Below are positions 15,051 to 24,946 of a stretch of 64,000 bases of DNA, in pieces. Origin of the DNA: Candidatus Fervidifonticultor sextus. Lineage in GTDB: Bacteria; Sysuimicrobiota; Sysuimicrobiia; Sysuimicrobiales; Humicultoraceae. The DNA lies in contig JAVKHQ010000001.1 in the NCBI GenBank assembly GCA_031459875.1, positions 128,001 to 192,000 of the forward strand. The letters are read 5' to 3'. The position numbers were made by a program, and so were the translations under genes. The first letter of the stretch is position 1. Each line of letters begins with the position of its first letter. The notes beneath the pieces are model-generated. The model was not told the origin of the DNA, made no database searches, and saw nothing but the letters and a program-made list of their open reading frames with translations.

Positions 15051-15913
15051 GGAGCGGCGCCCTCGCGTCCCCAGACCGCCTTCCTGATCTCCTCGTCCAG
15101 CGTATCGGCGCCGGACGGAGGCCCGTTGCGGAGGGCGAGGAAGAATTCCCGGTTGCCGTCCGGCCCCAGGATCGGCGAGGGGATGATCCCCACCGGCGCC
15201 AGGCCCAGCGCCCGCGCGCCATCCACCACCCTGCGGAGCACCGCCTCGTGCACCGAGGGGTCCCGCACGACGCCCTTGGGCGCGGCGCGCGGGCCGGCCT
15301 CGAACTGCGGCTTCACCAGCGCCAGCACCAGCCCTCCAGGTCGGACGCAGCGACTGGCGGCCGGCAGCACCTTGAGCACCGAGATGAAGGAACAGTCGAT
15401 CGTCGCCAGGTCGGCGGGTTCGGGGAAGTCGTCGGGCTGCAGGCGTGCGGCGTGCCGGCCCTCCATCACCACCACGCGGGGGTCGCGTCGGAGCCGCCAG
15501 TGGAGCTGCCCGCGGCCCACATCCACCGCATAGACGCGCCGCGCGCCCCGCTGCAGCACGCAGTCGGTGAATCCGCCGGTGGACGAGCCGACGTCCAGCA
15601 CCACCTGACCCCTGGGATCGATCCCGAAGCCGTCCAGCGCCGCGGCCAGTTTGATCCCGCCGCGGCTGACGTAAACCGGGCCCCGCAGGCGCCGCTCGAT
15701 GGCGGCCTCCTCGGACACCTTCGCCCCTGGCTTGTCTGCGCGCCGGCCGTCCACGAAGATCTCCCCGGAGCGGATCGCCCCTTCGGCCTGGTGCCGGCTC
15801 GGGGCCAGCCCCCTGGCCACGACCAGTGCATCCAGCCGCACCCGGGCGGCCCGCCGCCGGGCCGGAGCGCGCGGGCCCGCCCCCTCCCTCCTCGCCACCG
15901 CAACCTCCGTCAC
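15047..15913 (-). CDS. tlyA: TlyA family rRNA methyltransferase
   Basis: S4-like RLDALVV; YVSRGGIKL, DVGSSTGGFTD, LVKPQFE, GNREF. Confidence 0.94.
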   Translation of the reverse strand: MTEVAVARREGAGPRAPARRRAARVRLDALVVARGLAPSRHQAEGAIRSGEIFVDGRRADKPGAKVSEEAAIERRLRGPVYVSRGGIKLAAALDGFGIDPRGQVVLDVGSSTGGFTDCVLQRGARRVYAVDVGRGQLHWRLRRDPRVVVMEGRHAARLQPDDFPEPADLATIDCSFISVLKVLPAASRCVRPGGLVLALVKPQFEAGPRAAPKGVVRDPSVHEAVLRRVVDGARALGLAPVGIIPSPILGPDGNREFFLALRNGPPSGADTLDEEIRKAVWGREGAAP

Positions 15914-16854
15914 GACTCCCTCACCAGCAGTGCCGCAGCGAGTTCCCGCAGCACGTCGGCGCGCCCGTCGAAGCCCTGCAGGGCGGCTGTGGCACGATCG
16001 GTGTGGTGGCGCGCGATGGCCCGCGAGACCTCCAGCCCAAACGCCGAGGGGAAGGTCAGTTTGGAGCCCAGCGCATCCCGGCGGGCATCCTTGCCCAGCA
16101 CCTGGCTGGACCCCACCTCGTCCAGCACGTCGTCGATGATCTGAAACGCCAGCCCCAGGTGCTCGCCGTACGCGGTCAGCGCCTCCAGGTGCGCCGGGCC
16201 GGCGCCAGCCAGGATCGCGCCCGAGCGCACGCAGGCCCGGATCAGGGCTGCGGTCTTCCACCGGTGGATCATGTAGGCGCCCTCGCGCCGGTCCTCGGGC
16301 CACCGGCCGAGCCGCCGTAGGTCCGGTCGGTCTTCGGCCAGCAGGTCCAGGACCTGCCCGCCCACCATGCCGCGCGTCCCGATGGCCTCTGCGACCTCCC
16401 GTATCACCTGCACGGTCCGGGCAGGGCCGGCCGTCTCCGCCGTCTGTGCCATCAGGGCGAAGGCGTGCGCGCACAGGGCGTCGCCGGCGAGCACCGCGAT
16501 GGCCTCGCCGAACGCCACGTGACAGGTCGGACGGTTCCGGCGCGTGGCCGAGTTGTCCATCGATGGCAGATCGTCGTGGATGAGCGAGTAGGTGTGAATC
16601 AGTTCAACCGCGCAGGCCGTCGGCAGGGCCACCTCCACCCGACCCCCCGTGGCCTCGCAGGAGGCCAGGACCAGTATGGGGCGCACGCGCTTGCCGCCCG
16701 CGAACAGGCTGTAGCGCATGGCGGCGTGCAGCGGGCCGGGCAGGGTGTCTTCGGCCGGCAACGCGGCCTCCAGCGCGCGCTCGACTGCGGGACCCCGCGC
16801 GGCCAGGTACGCCGCCAGGCTGCCTGTCAGCGCCGTCCCCTCACCTGCGGCCAT
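15910..16854 (-). CDS. ispA: Farnesyl/geranylgeranyl diphosphate synthase
   Basis: [36 protein letters not shown]. Confidence 0.93.
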   Translation of the reverse strand: MAAGEGTALTGSLAAYLAARGPAVERALEAALPAEDTLPGPLHAAMRYSLFAGGKRVRPILVLASCEATGGRVEVALPTACAVELIHTYSLIHDDLPSMDNSATRRNRPTCHVAFGEAIAVLAGDALCAHAFALMAQTAETAGPARTVQVIREVAEAIGTRGMVGGQVLDLLAEDRPDLRRLGRWPEDRREGAYMIHRWKTAALIRACVRSGAILAGAGPAHLEALTAYGEHLGLAFQIIDDVLDEVGSSQVLGKDARRDALGSKLTFPSAFGLEVSRAIARHHTDRATAALQGFDGRADVLRELAAALLVRES

Positions 16855-17158
16855 CGGTCCGGATCGCAAACCCTCCCTCGCCCCGCGGCGCCTCCCAGGC
16901 GACCTCCACATCCTGCACCCGGGCGCCCGGTGGTCCTGCGCGCACGTCGTCGATCAAGGCCGCTACCGCCTCAGGCGATCCTTCGACCACCACCTCGACC
17001 CGGCCGTCGGCGAGGTTGCGCACGAAGCCGGCCGTCCCCAGCGCCGCGGCGCGGCGGTGCACGAAGAACCTGAACCCCACCCCCTGCACGCGCCCTTTGA
17101 TCCACAGGTGGGCGCGCACGCGGTCAGGACCCGGGGGCCGGCCGGGGTTCCCCGGCAT
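16841..17158 (-). CDS. acyP: Acylphosphatase
   Basis: [21 protein letters not shown]. Confidence 0.92.
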   Translation of the reverse strand: MPGNPGRPPGPDRVRAHLWIKGRVQGVGFRFFVHRRAAALGTAGFVRNLADGRVEVVVEGSPEAVAALIDDVRAGPPGARVQDVEVAWEAPRGEGGFAIRTDGRR

Positions 17159-17555
17159 GACTGCCCTCCCGGTGGACCGCCCCCAGGACGCCGTTGACGA
17201 ACCGGCCGGAGTCGTCGGTCCCGTACCGCTTGGCCAGCTCCACCGCTTCGTTGATCACCACGGCGGATGGGGTCGGCAGGTGGCGCAGTTCGTAGAGCGC
17301 CATCCTCAGGATGACGCGGTCGATACTGGCGAGGCGGTCCAGGGTCCAGCCGGCGAGATGTTGCAGGATCAGGTCGTCGAGTTCTGCCTGGCGCTCGGCC
17401 ACCCCCCGGCACAGGACCTCGACGAAGTCCCAGTCCACCGAGGCGTCGTCGCGCCGGGCCACCGCCAGCGCCTCGTCAATCGGCAGGCGGCCCACGTCGT
17501 GTTGGAAGAGCACCTGCAGGGCGGTATCCCGGGCCCGGCGGCGGCGCGTTTTCAC
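17124..17555 (-). CDS. nusB: Transcription antitermination factor NusB
   Basis: [40 protein letters not shown]. Confidence 0.94.
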   Translation of the reverse strand: MKTRRRRARDTALQVLFQHDVGRLPIDEALAVARRDDASVDWDFVEVLCRGVAERQAELDDLILQHLAGWTLDRLASIDRVILRMALYELRHLPTPSAVVINEAVELAKRYGTDDSGRFVNGVLGAVHREGSHAGEPRPAPGS

Positions 17556-17590
17556 GGCCCAGACATCCGTGGAGGGTCCTGCACGCCAGT

Positions 17591-17599
17591 ATTCTACCA
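17591..17599 (-). promoter_or_regulatory. Putative extended -10 promoter element (TGGTAGAAT) upstream of nusB
   Basis: TGn-TAGAAT about 35 nt upstream of the nusB start, in the efp-nusB gap. Confidence 0.45.
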
Positions 17600-17659
17600 G
17601 CCGCAACGCCCCAGGGGAACGGTCTGGCGGGTCCACCGAGCGCGCCGGACCTCCTCGGG

Positions 17660-18220
17660 CTACCGCACGCGCTCCAGATACTCTCCGGTCCGGGTGTCGA
17701 CCCGGATGATGCTCCCCGTCTCCACGAAGAACGGGACCGAGACCACGGCCCCGGTCTCCAGGGTGGCCGGCTTCGACCCACCCGAGGCGGTGTCCCCCCG
17801 GATCCCCGGTGCTGTCTCCACCACCTTCAGCTCGACCGCGTGGGGCAGTTCGACGGCGATGGGGCGGCCCTCGTAGTGGACGACGGTGACGACGGTGTTC
17901 TCCTTGAGGTAGATGGTGGCGTCGCCGATGAGGCCGGCGTCCAGGGTCACCTGCTCGAACGTCTCCTGGTCCATGAGCACGTAGTGGTCGCCCTCGTGGT
18001 AGAGGTACTGCATCTCCCGGCGCTCCAGGTAGGCCTGGGGGACCCGTTCGCCGGCGTTGAACGTCCGCTCGATGATGGCGCCGGTCTTCAGGTTCCGGAT
18101 CTTCGCCCGCACGTAGGCGCTGCCGCGGCCCCGCTTCACGTGCTGGGAGGCGACCACGGCGTAGAGATCCCCCTCCAGCGTCACGACGACCCCGGGCCGG
18201 AAATCATTGGTCGAGATCAC
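17660..18220 (-). CDS. efp: Translation elongation factor P
   Basis: ISTNDFRPG, HVKRGRGSAYVR, PGIRGDTASGGSKPATLETG, DTRTGEY. Confidence 0.96.
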   Translation of the reverse strand: MISTNDFRPGVVVTLEGDLYAVVASQHVKRGRGSAYVRAKIRNLKTGAIIERTFNAGERVPQAYLERREMQYLYHEGDHYVLMDQETFEQVTLDAGLIGDATIYLKENTVVTVVHYEGRPIAVELPHAVELKVVETAPGIRGDTASGGSKPATLETGAVVSVPFFVETGSIIRVDTRTGEYLERVR

Positions 18221-19311
18221 GGCGCCACCTCGATCAGGTCCCTGGGAAGCGGCGTCAGGACCTCGCACCCGCTCTCGGTCAGGACGGCCACGTCCTCGAT
18301 GCGCACGCCGCCCCATCCGGGCAGGTAGATGCCGGGCTCCACGGTGACCACCGCCCCCGGCGGGAGCACCGCCTCCTCCCGCGGCGAGAGCGTCGGGCCC
18401 TCGTGCAGGGCCAGCCCGACGCCATGGCCCAGGCTGTGGCCGAAGGCCTCGCCGTAGCCGGCCTGTTCGATCACCGACCGGGCCAGCGCGTCGGCGTCCT
18501 TCCCGGTCGTCCCCGCCCGCAGGCCCGATAGCGCCGCCTGCTGGGCGGCCAGCACGAGGGCGTAGATCTCCCGGTGCCGGTCGCCGGCCGGCGCGGTGAC
18601 GAGGGTGCGCGTGCAGTCGGCATGGTAGCCGTCCACCGCCGCGCCGAAATCCACGGTGACGAACTCGCCGGGCCCGATGACCCGATCGTCGGCGGACCCG
18701 TGCGGCAGCGCTGAGCGCGGACCGGAGGCGACGATGGTATCGAACGGGACGCGCTGGGACCCGCGCCGGCGCAGGCGTTCCTCCAGGGTCACCGCGATCT
18801 CGCGCTCCACCACGCCCGGCCGGATCAAGGGCAGGACGTCGGCGAAGGCGTCGGCGGCGACCTGGGCCGCGCGGCGAATCGCCGCGACCTCCTCCGGGGA
18901 CTTCTGCCACCGCAGGCGATCCAGGCCGGCCACCGGTACGATCTCGACCGGTGCCGCGGCCTCTGCCAGGCGGCGGAACGTGCCGACCGGCAGGAACTCC
19001 TCCTCCACCCCGACGCGCCTGACCCCCAGCTCCTTCATGAGGGCGGCGACGGCGTCGGGTAACGGCCCCCGGGCCCTGACCCGTGTGAAGTGCGGGGCCT
19101 GGGAGGCGGCCTGCTCGATGTACCGGAAGTCCAGCACCAGGTGCGCGTCGCGCGCGGTGACCACCGCAAACCCGGCAGACCCGGCAAACCCCGAGATGTA
19201 CGCGACGTTCTGGGGCCTGGCCAGGATGACGCCGTCCAGGCCGTCGGCGGCGCAGCGGGTTCGAAGACGTGTCAGGCGATCCGTGCGCAGGTCGGTGGTG
19301 AGCGCCAGCAT
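18217..19311 (-). CDS. Xaa-Pro aminopeptidase (M24B)
   Basis: DFRY, SALPHG, DFGA...YHADCTRT, GHGVGL..HE, TVEPGIY, RIED. Confidence 0.93.
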   Translation of the reverse strand: MLALTTDLRTDRLTRLRTRCAADGLDGVILARPQNVAYISGFAGSAGFAVVTARDAHLVLDFRYIEQAASQAPHFTRVRARGPLPDAVAALMKELGVRRVGVEEEFLPVGTFRRLAEAAAPVEIVPVAGLDRLRWQKSPEEVAAIRRAAQVAADAFADVLPLIRPGVVEREIAVTLEERLRRRGSQRVPFDTIVASGPRSALPHGSADDRVIGPGEFVTVDFGAAVDGYHADCTRTLVTAPAGDRHREIYALVLAAQQAALSGLRAGTTGKDADALARSVIEQAGYGEAFGHSLGHGVGLALHEGPTLSPREEAVLPPGAVVTVEPGIYLPGWGGVRIEDVAVLTESGCEVLTPLPRDLIEVAP

Positions 19312-19386
19312 CCAGCCCGTAGCATACTGCAGGCCCCCAGGGCTTTCAACCGCAGCTTCGCGGGCCTGCAGGAGTGACGGCGCGTC

Positions 19387-19827
19387 CTACGGAGACGGAG
19401 CCGGAACCGGCGCTAGCCACGCCGGACGGGTGCTCCGCAGCATCCGCCGGATCACCTCGTCCGCCTTCGCCATCTCCCCCATCAGGTGATAGACGTCGTG
19501 GAGGGCGAGGTAGGCGTCGGGGTGACCCGGGGCGAGCTTGATCGCCTCCTCCAGCGGGGACACCGCCCGCCCCAGGTACGTCGCGGCATAGGGCGCCGCC
19601 TGGACCAGGTACTGCCGGTAGGCGAACAGGTAGGCAAACCCGAGCCAGTAGTGCGCCCGGGCGTTGCGGGCGTCGGAGGCGATCGCCTGCTGATAGGGCC
19701 GGATCGCCGCGTTGAAATCCGCCTCCCTGAGGTAGAGGCGGCCCGTGTCGAAGGCCGGGAGGCCCTGCGCCCCCGCCGTGGCGGTCAGCAGGAGCACAAA
19801 CCCCAGGGCGGCCGCTCGCGCGCGCAC
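19387..19827 (-). CDS. Exported TPR-repeat protein directly downstream of pilQ
   Basis: Signal peptide; TPR-like 'AHYWLG', 'EAIKLAPGHPDAYLAL'; 1 bp from the pilQ stop. Confidence 0.75.
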   Translation of the reverse strand: MRARAAALGFVLLLTATAGAQGLPAFDTGRLYLREADFNAAIRPYQQAIASDARNARAHYWLGFAYLFAYRQYLVQAAPYAATYLGRAVSPLEEAIKLAPGHPDAYLALHDVYHLMGEMAKADEVIRRMLRSTRPAWLAPVPAPSP

Positions 19828-19828
19828 G

Positions 19829-21550
19829 TCACGGCCTCGGCGAGGGCGACGGCGCGGGCGCCGGGCCGCCGGCCGCCGGGATGACCTGCGGGGTCACCAC
19901 GAAGATGACCTCGCTCTCGCGGCGGTCGGTGGTCGTCGTCCGGAACAGCGAGCCGATGATGGGGATGTCGCCCAGCAGCGGGACCTTGATGGTCGTCCGC
20001 CGCTCCTCGGCGCTGATCAGGCCGGCCAGGATAATGGACTCGCCGTTGCGCACCGACACCGTCGTCGTCGCCTTGCGGGTCGCGATGCGCGGCACCGGGC
20101 CCGACGAGGTCGGGAGGAACTCGATCACTGAGGACACTTCGGGTTCCACCTTGGTCGTGATGATCCCGTCCCGGTTCACCTTCGGGAGGATTCGCAGGAT
20201 CACGCCGATCGGCTTGAAGGTGAAGGTCAGCCGGCCGGCCGAGTCAATCGAGGGGATGGGGACTTCCTCGCCCAGGTTCACCTGGGCCTCGTTGCCGTCG
20301 ACGGCGGCGACGCGCGGCGCCGTGATCACCCTGGCCTTGCGCTGGGTCACCAGGGCGTCGAGGGCGGCGACGATGTTGAGGCTGCTGTGGATCCCGACGA
20401 CGATCTGCCCGATGTCCGCGCCCGGCGGGGCCGGAGCCGTCGGCCCGGTGCCCGTGACGCGGATGACCGGCACGGCGGTCAGGCCCCAGTTGAGGCCGAG
20501 GTTCTGCAGGTCCGACATGCTGACGTCCACGACCCGCGTCTCGATCATGATCTGCACCAGCGCGATGTCCAGGCTGGCCAAGATCTTGCGGACCTCTTCA
20601 TGCTGGGCCTGGGTGCCCACCACCACCACGGCGTTGGAGCGGACGTCGTGGGTCACGCGGACGCCGGGCACGGCTGCCCGGATGGCGTCCGCCACGTCCT
20701 TGGCCGCGCCGAAGGCGATCGCATAGGTCACCGACTCGGGCACCTCTGGCGGCGGGGCCAGTTTGTCCGCCGCCATGATGATGAGGTTCCGCCCGATCCG
20801 CCGGAACCCCAGATTGTTGGCCTCCAGGATGAAGCGAAGGGCCTCGTCGCACGTGAGCTCGACCAGCCGGACGGTGACCTGTCCTTTCACGGAGGCGTCG
20901 GTCACGATGTTGAGGTTGCACACTTTCGCCAGCGCGCTGAGGACGTCGGCGAGTTCGGTGTTCCGGAACTCCAGGGTGATGCGGCTGGGCGTCGGCGGCT
21001 GCGCCTGCGCCAGTGTCGCCGCCGGAGGCGCTGCGGGCGGCGCTTGGGCCACGGCAGCCGGCGCGGCCGGTGCCGCCGGCATCCCCGCAGGCGGGACCTG
21101 CACGGGGGCCGCCACGGCTGGCCGGGCGGTGAACTTGGCCACCAGCACCGACGGGGTGCTGGTGGTCAGGGTGAACGGCACGGGCGTGACCAGGTCCACG
21201 GCGATCCGGGCGATGGCCGGATTCGTCTGCAACTGTCCGGTCCGGACCCGGGCGATGCCGCTCCGGTCCACATCGATGAGGGGCGGCACGGCCGCGTCGA
21301 GCACGGCACCGGGCAGGTCGATGATCAGGCGCGGCGGCGCCGAAAGCTGGAGGGTCCGGTAGGTGAGCGGACCTGTGGCCGTCACGGCGAGTTGCACGGT
21401 GTCGCCGAAGACCTTGACGGTCACCTGGGTGACGCGGAGACCCTCCACCTGGGGGAGGGCCGGGGCCACCGGGACCAGCGCGAGGACGAGAACGACGGCG
21501 CCTGCGCAAAGGAGTCTAGCTGATGCCCGACGATGCGATGACGGCCACAT
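19829..21550 (-). CDS. pilQ: Type IV pilus secretin with N-terminal AMIN domain
   Basis: AMIN 'PPRLIIDLPG'; N0 'ITLEFRNTELADVL'; secretin 'QIMIETRVV', 'APRVAAVDG', 'KVPLLGDIPIIGSLF'. Confidence 0.93.
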   Translation of the reverse strand: MWPSSHRRASARLLCAGAVVLVLALVPVAPALPQVEGLRVTQVTVKVFGDTVQLAVTATGPLTYRTLQLSAPPRLIIDLPGAVLDAAVPPLIDVDRSGIARVRTGQLQTNPAIARIAVDLVTPVPFTLTTSTPSVLVAKFTARPAVAAPVQVPPAGMPAAPAAPAAVAQAPPAAPPAATLAQAQPPTPSRITLEFRNTELADVLSALAKVCNLNIVTDASVKGQVTVRLVELTCDEALRFILEANNLGFRRIGRNLIIMAADKLAPPPEVPESVTYAIAFGAAKDVADAIRAAVPGVRVTHDVRSNAVVVVGTQAQHEEVRKILASLDIALVQIMIETRVVDVSMSDLQNLGLNWGLTAVPVIRVTGTGPTAPAPPGADIGQIVVGIHSSLNIVAALDALVTQRKARVITAPRVAAVDGNEAQVNLGEEVPIPSIDSAGRLTFTFKPIGVILRILPKVNRDGIITTKVEPEVSSVIEFLPTSSGPVPRIATRKATTTVSVRNGESIILAGLISAEERRTTIKVPLLGDIPIIGSLFRTTTTDRRESEVIFVVTPQVIPAAGGPAPAPSPSPRP

Positions 21551-22175
21551 GCGGTGCGCTCACCCCTCCCCACTTCAACTCGAACCGTTCTCCTTCTTGC
21601 TCCAGGACGACGAGGCCTTTGAGCACGTCGACGACCGTGACCCTGATCTTGTTCAGGATGACGTCGCCGATGGCGACGATGTAGGTCTGCTGTCCGATCC
21701 GCACGATGGCCACGCCCGACGTCTCCCCGACGATCCCGACCAGCTGGGCTCCGCTCGCCTCCTTGGGCGGGGGCGGCGTGGCGGCCGGCTCGGGAGCTGG
21801 GGGCGGCTGGCCGGGGAACAGCGGCGGCGGAAGCGGCGCGGGCGGAGGCGCCGGCAGGCCGGGCTGGACGCCGCCCGCCTCCGGCCTCACCAGCGGCGCA
21901 AAGGGATCCGGCCGGCCGGCATCGGCGGGCGGCGCGGCCGACGGGCGCGGCGGGGACGCCGCGGCCGGTGAGGGAGCCGGCTGCGGCCCCGCCGGAGGGG
22001 GCGAAGTGCCGGGCGAAGGAACGGCCGGAGAGGGCGCAGGGCCCGGCGGCGCGGGTTGCACCACCGGCGCCGGGGGTTGAGGCCGTGGCCACAGCAGGAT
22101 GACGCCGACGATCCCGACGACGATCGCCACGGCGACAATGGGATGCGTGCGGAGATAGTCCAGTGCCTTGCGCAT
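21516..22175 (-). CDS. PilP-like pilus alignment protein with N-terminal TM and proline-rich linker
   Basis: TM helix, long Pro-rich linker, 'GRPDPFAPL' motif and C-terminal HR-like 'LVGIVG...AIVRIG..TYIVAIGD'; upstream of pilQ. Confidence 0.7.
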   Translation of the reverse strand: MRKALDYLRTHPIVAVAIVVGIVGVILLWPRPQPPAPVVQPAPPGPAPSPAVPSPGTSPPPAGPQPAPSPAAASPPRPSAAPPADAGRPDPFAPLVRPEAGGVQPGLPAPPPAPLPPPLFPGQPPPAPEPAATPPPPKEASGAQLVGIVGETSGVAIVRIGQQTYIVAIGDVILNKIRVTVVDVLKGLVVLEQEGERFELKWGGVSAPHVAVIASSGIS

Positions 22176-22251
22176 GAGGCCCCCTCTACGTGCGATCCCA
22201 AAAGTACGAACGGAGCCCCGGCAGGCCCCACACGTCCGTCGGTGGAATCCC

Positions 22252-22278
22252 CTTCAACAGAGTGCCCCAAACTCCTTC
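22252..22278 (-). promoter_or_regulatory. SigH-like promoter motif upstream of pilP-like/pilQ
   Basis: GAAGGA-GTTTGGGGCACTCTGTT-GAAG (AGGA-N17-GAA) in the intergenic gap. Confidence 0.5.
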
Positions 22279-22306
22279 CCAATAGACCTGCGGACTTCCA
22301 CCGAAC

Positions 22307-23092
22307 CTACCGCCAGAACCACAGGTACGAGTCTGCGACCGCCTGTCCCCAGAACAGCGCCAGGAGCCCCCCGGCGGCCAGGGCCGGGCCGAACGGAATC
22401 GGGTCCCGGCGGCCGCGGATGCGCAGGGCCCACAACACCAGCCCCGCCAGGCCGCCGAGGTAGATGGCCAGCAGGAGGGCGACTCCGACCTGCGGCCAGC
22501 CGAGGTAGACGCCCATCAGGGCGGCGAGCCAGGCGTCGCCCAGCCCCATGCCCTCCTGCTTCATGATCAGGACACTGGCCAGGATGATCGCCAGGATGAT
22601 CGCAGCCCCCACCACTCCCGCCAGCAGCGCGGCCACGACCCGTCCCTGGCCGGCGGCGAGCACCAGGCCGAGGCCGATGCCGGGCCAGGTGAGGCGATGG
22701 GGAATGATCTGGTGATCCAGGTCGATGAACGTGATGGCCAGCAGCAAGAAGGCAAAGACCCATCCCGACGCCAGCGTCCAGGGGAACGGACTCAACCCCA
22801 GGGGTTGTGGGAACCGAAGATATACGGCGACGGCCAGCGCGGCCATGAGGGCCTCGACCAGCGGGTAGCGCGCCGAGATTTTCCCGCCGCAGGTCCGGCA
22901 CCGGCCGCGCAGGAGGACGAAGCTGATCAGCGGGATGTTGTCCGCAGCGCGGATAGGGGCGCCGCAGCGGGGGCAGCGCGAGCCCGGGACCACCACGGAC
23001 TGGCGGCGGGGCACGCGGTGGATGACCACGTTGGCGAAGCTGCCGACGACGGCGCCAAAGGCGGCCACGACGAGGAGCGTGACGGCACTCAT
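22307..23092 (-). CDS. pilD: Prepilin peptidase/N-methyltransferase
   Basis: GSFANVVIHRVP, SRCPRC, GRCRTC, IDLDHQIIP, GMGLGD, IPFGPAL. Confidence 0.96.
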   Translation of the reverse strand: MSAVTLLVVAAFGAVVGSFANVVIHRVPRRQSVVVPGSRCPRCGAPIRAADNIPLISFVLLRGRCRTCGGKISARYPLVEALMAALAVAVYLRFPQPLGLSPFPWTLASGWVFAFLLLAITFIDLDHQIIPHRLTWPGIGLGLVLAAGQGRVVAALLAGVVGAAIILAIILASVLIMKQEGMGLGDAWLAALMGVYLGWPQVGVALLLAIYLGGLAGLVLWALRIRGRRDPIPFGPALAAGGLLALFWGQAVADSYLWFWR

Positions 23093-23129
23093 GGCGCCAG
23101 CGCCATCGCGCGGCCGTCCGTGCCGCGCG

Positions 23130-23156
23130 GGAGGAAATCCGTCCCGAATCCCGAAC
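23130..23156 (+). promoter_or_regulatory. SigH-like promoter motif upstream of the exported protein gene at 23224
   Basis: GGAGGA-AATCCGTCCCGAATCCC-GAAC (AGGA-N17-GAA). Confidence 0.45.
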
Positions 23157-23223
23157 ACCACGGCGAGACGAGACGGGACCGCTGGATCATGGCCGCATCA
23201 GTCGCACGAGGGAGACGAAACCC

Positions 23224-23922
23224 ATGACACGGAGCAGCTGGCCTTTCGTCGTTGTGGTCATCCTCGGACTCGCCCTGCCGGTCGTCGCCCAGCCTGCACC
23301 CACATCGTCGCCCGTCCTCATCATCCCCGGGCACAGCATCGCGGGCGTGGCGCTGGGCCGGTCGGTGTCGTCCACGATGGGACGCCTGGGCTCGCCTGCG
23401 GAGACCCGGGCGCTGCGCGACGGGACGCTGCTGACCTTCCCCCGCTACGGGCTCAACGTCTACGCCACCGACGGCGTGGTGCGGGCGGTCTCCACGACCA
23501 ACAGCCTGCTGCGCACCGCCGAGGGGATCGCCCTGGGCTCGACGGTGTCCGATGTGCGGCGCGCCTACGGCTCCCAGTTCAGCGACGCCGTGGTCGAGGG
23601 GCTGCTGGGCATCGCCTACGATCAGCACGGGATCGCCTTCGGTCTGGACGGCGTGGTGGTCTCGATCATCATCGTCTACCCACCCCGCACGCAGGCGACG
23701 CCGGCCTCGGAGACGGCGGGCCTGGCCTCCCCGCCCACGTCCATCGACGTCGGGCTGGTCTCGATGCCGCGCGTGGAGAACCTCAAGCCGTTCTCGCCCG
23801 AGACCCAGTACATGTCCGTTGTGGGGTTCCTCCGCTACGTCGTCTACCAGCAGACCGGGGTCTGGCTCACGCACCTCGAGGCCAGCCGGATGCTCCAGGA
23901 CCAGCAGCGCACGCGGCTGTAG
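23224..23922 (+). CDS. Exported hypothetical protein, divergent from pilD
   Basis: Signal peptide; internal repeat 'GVALGRSVSS..GRLG' / 'GIALGSTVSDVRRAYG'; GGAG RBS. Confidence 0.7.
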   Translation: MTRSSWPFVVVVILGLALPVVAQPAPTSSPVLIIPGHSIAGVALGRSVSSTMGRLGSPAETRALRDGTLLTFPRYGLNVYATDGVVRAVSTTNSLLRTAEGIALGSTVSDVRRAYGSQFSDAVVEGLLGIAYDQHGIAFGLDGVVVSIIIVYPPRTQATPASETAGLASPPTSIDVGLVSMPRVENLKPFSPETQYMSVVGFLRYVVYQQTGVWLTHLEASRMLQDQQRTRL

Positions 23923-23932
23923 GCCGCCTGAA

Positions 23933-24925
23933 TTACCCCACCGCGGCGGCGTCGGCTTCGGCCTGGATCACGAGGTCGCCGCCCAGCAGGCGGGCGCGAT
24001 CCCGGGCCGCCCGGACTGCCTGCATGAGTTCGCGGGCGGTGGCGCCGTGGTCCGGATGGGCTCCCACGCCCACCGACAGCGTCAATTCGCCCTTCCCCTC
24101 ATCACCCAGCACGCCGGCGGCCAGGCGGGCGTCGGCCACCTCGCCGCGCACGCGCTCCGCCACCACGAAGGCCGATGAGAGCGACGTCTCGGGCAACGCC
24201 AGGCTGAACTCCGTCTCGTCGGTCCGCGCCTTCACGTCCACGTCCCGGGTCAGCTCGCGCAGCAGCCCCGCGATGGACCGCAGCGCCTCCTCGGCGGCCT
24301 GCTGGCCGTAGCGGCCCCGGAACGCCTCGAAGCGGTCGATGTCGCAGACGATGAGCGCGAACGCCCGACGGTAGCGGGCCGCGCGCTTGACCTCCACGGT
24401 CAGGTGCTCGTCGAAGACCCGGGCCGTGAACATGTCGGTGAGGGCATCCTGGACCGCCTGGTCCACCAGCGCGCGCTGGAGCTGCTCGAGTTCCTGGGCC
24501 TGGACGGCGGCCCGCTCCTCGGCGAGGCGCTGGAACTGCGTCACGAACTCCACGACGGTGAAGTCGGTGGCCTCGGTGAGGCCGCGCAGGAGCGTCATCC
24601 GGTCTTCCGGATCCGTGGCGATCTCCCCGCACAACCCCTGCGCCAGGTCGCGGAAGGCCAGGAACCCCTGGACGACTTCGGCCGCGCCAAAGCCCATGCT
24701 CAGGCGCAGGGCGGCCTCGCGGTGGATGAACTCGCGCAGGCGACTGGGATCGTCGGTGTCCAGGTAGCCGATCAGTTCGGTGAGGTAGGAGCGGCCGAGC
24801 CGGCGCAGCTCCTCCAGGGGCCGGTAGACGAAGGCAGACGGCCGCATCCGGGAGAGGGCCGCGGCCCAACTCACCGCGATGCGGTCCTGCTCGCGGTCGA
24901 GCAGGCTGGCCAGTCGGCTCGTCAC
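23933..24925 (-). CDS. Degenerate GGDEF-domain protein with RsbRD_N-like N-terminal helical domain
   Basis: DALTDMF...DIDRF...LSVGV scaffold; A-site reads DETEF; I-site RDVD intact. Confidence 0.85.
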   Translation of the reverse strand: MTSRLASLLDREQDRIAVSWAAALSRMRPSAFVYRPLEELRRLGRSYLTELIGYLDTDDPSRLREFIHREAALRLSMGFGAAEVVQGFLAFRDLAQGLCGEIATDPEDRMTLLRGLTEATDFTVVEFVTQFQRLAEERAAVQAQELEQLQRALVDQAVQDALTDMFTARVFDEHLTVEVKRAARYRRAFALIVCDIDRFEAFRGRYGQQAAEEALRSIAGLLRELTRDVDVKARTDETEFSLALPETSLSSAFVVAERVRGEVADARLAAGVLGDEGKGELTLSVGVGAHPDHGATARELMQAVRAARDRARLLGGDLVIQAEADAAAVG

Positions 24926-24946
24926 CGGTACCGGGCCCCGACGGCC

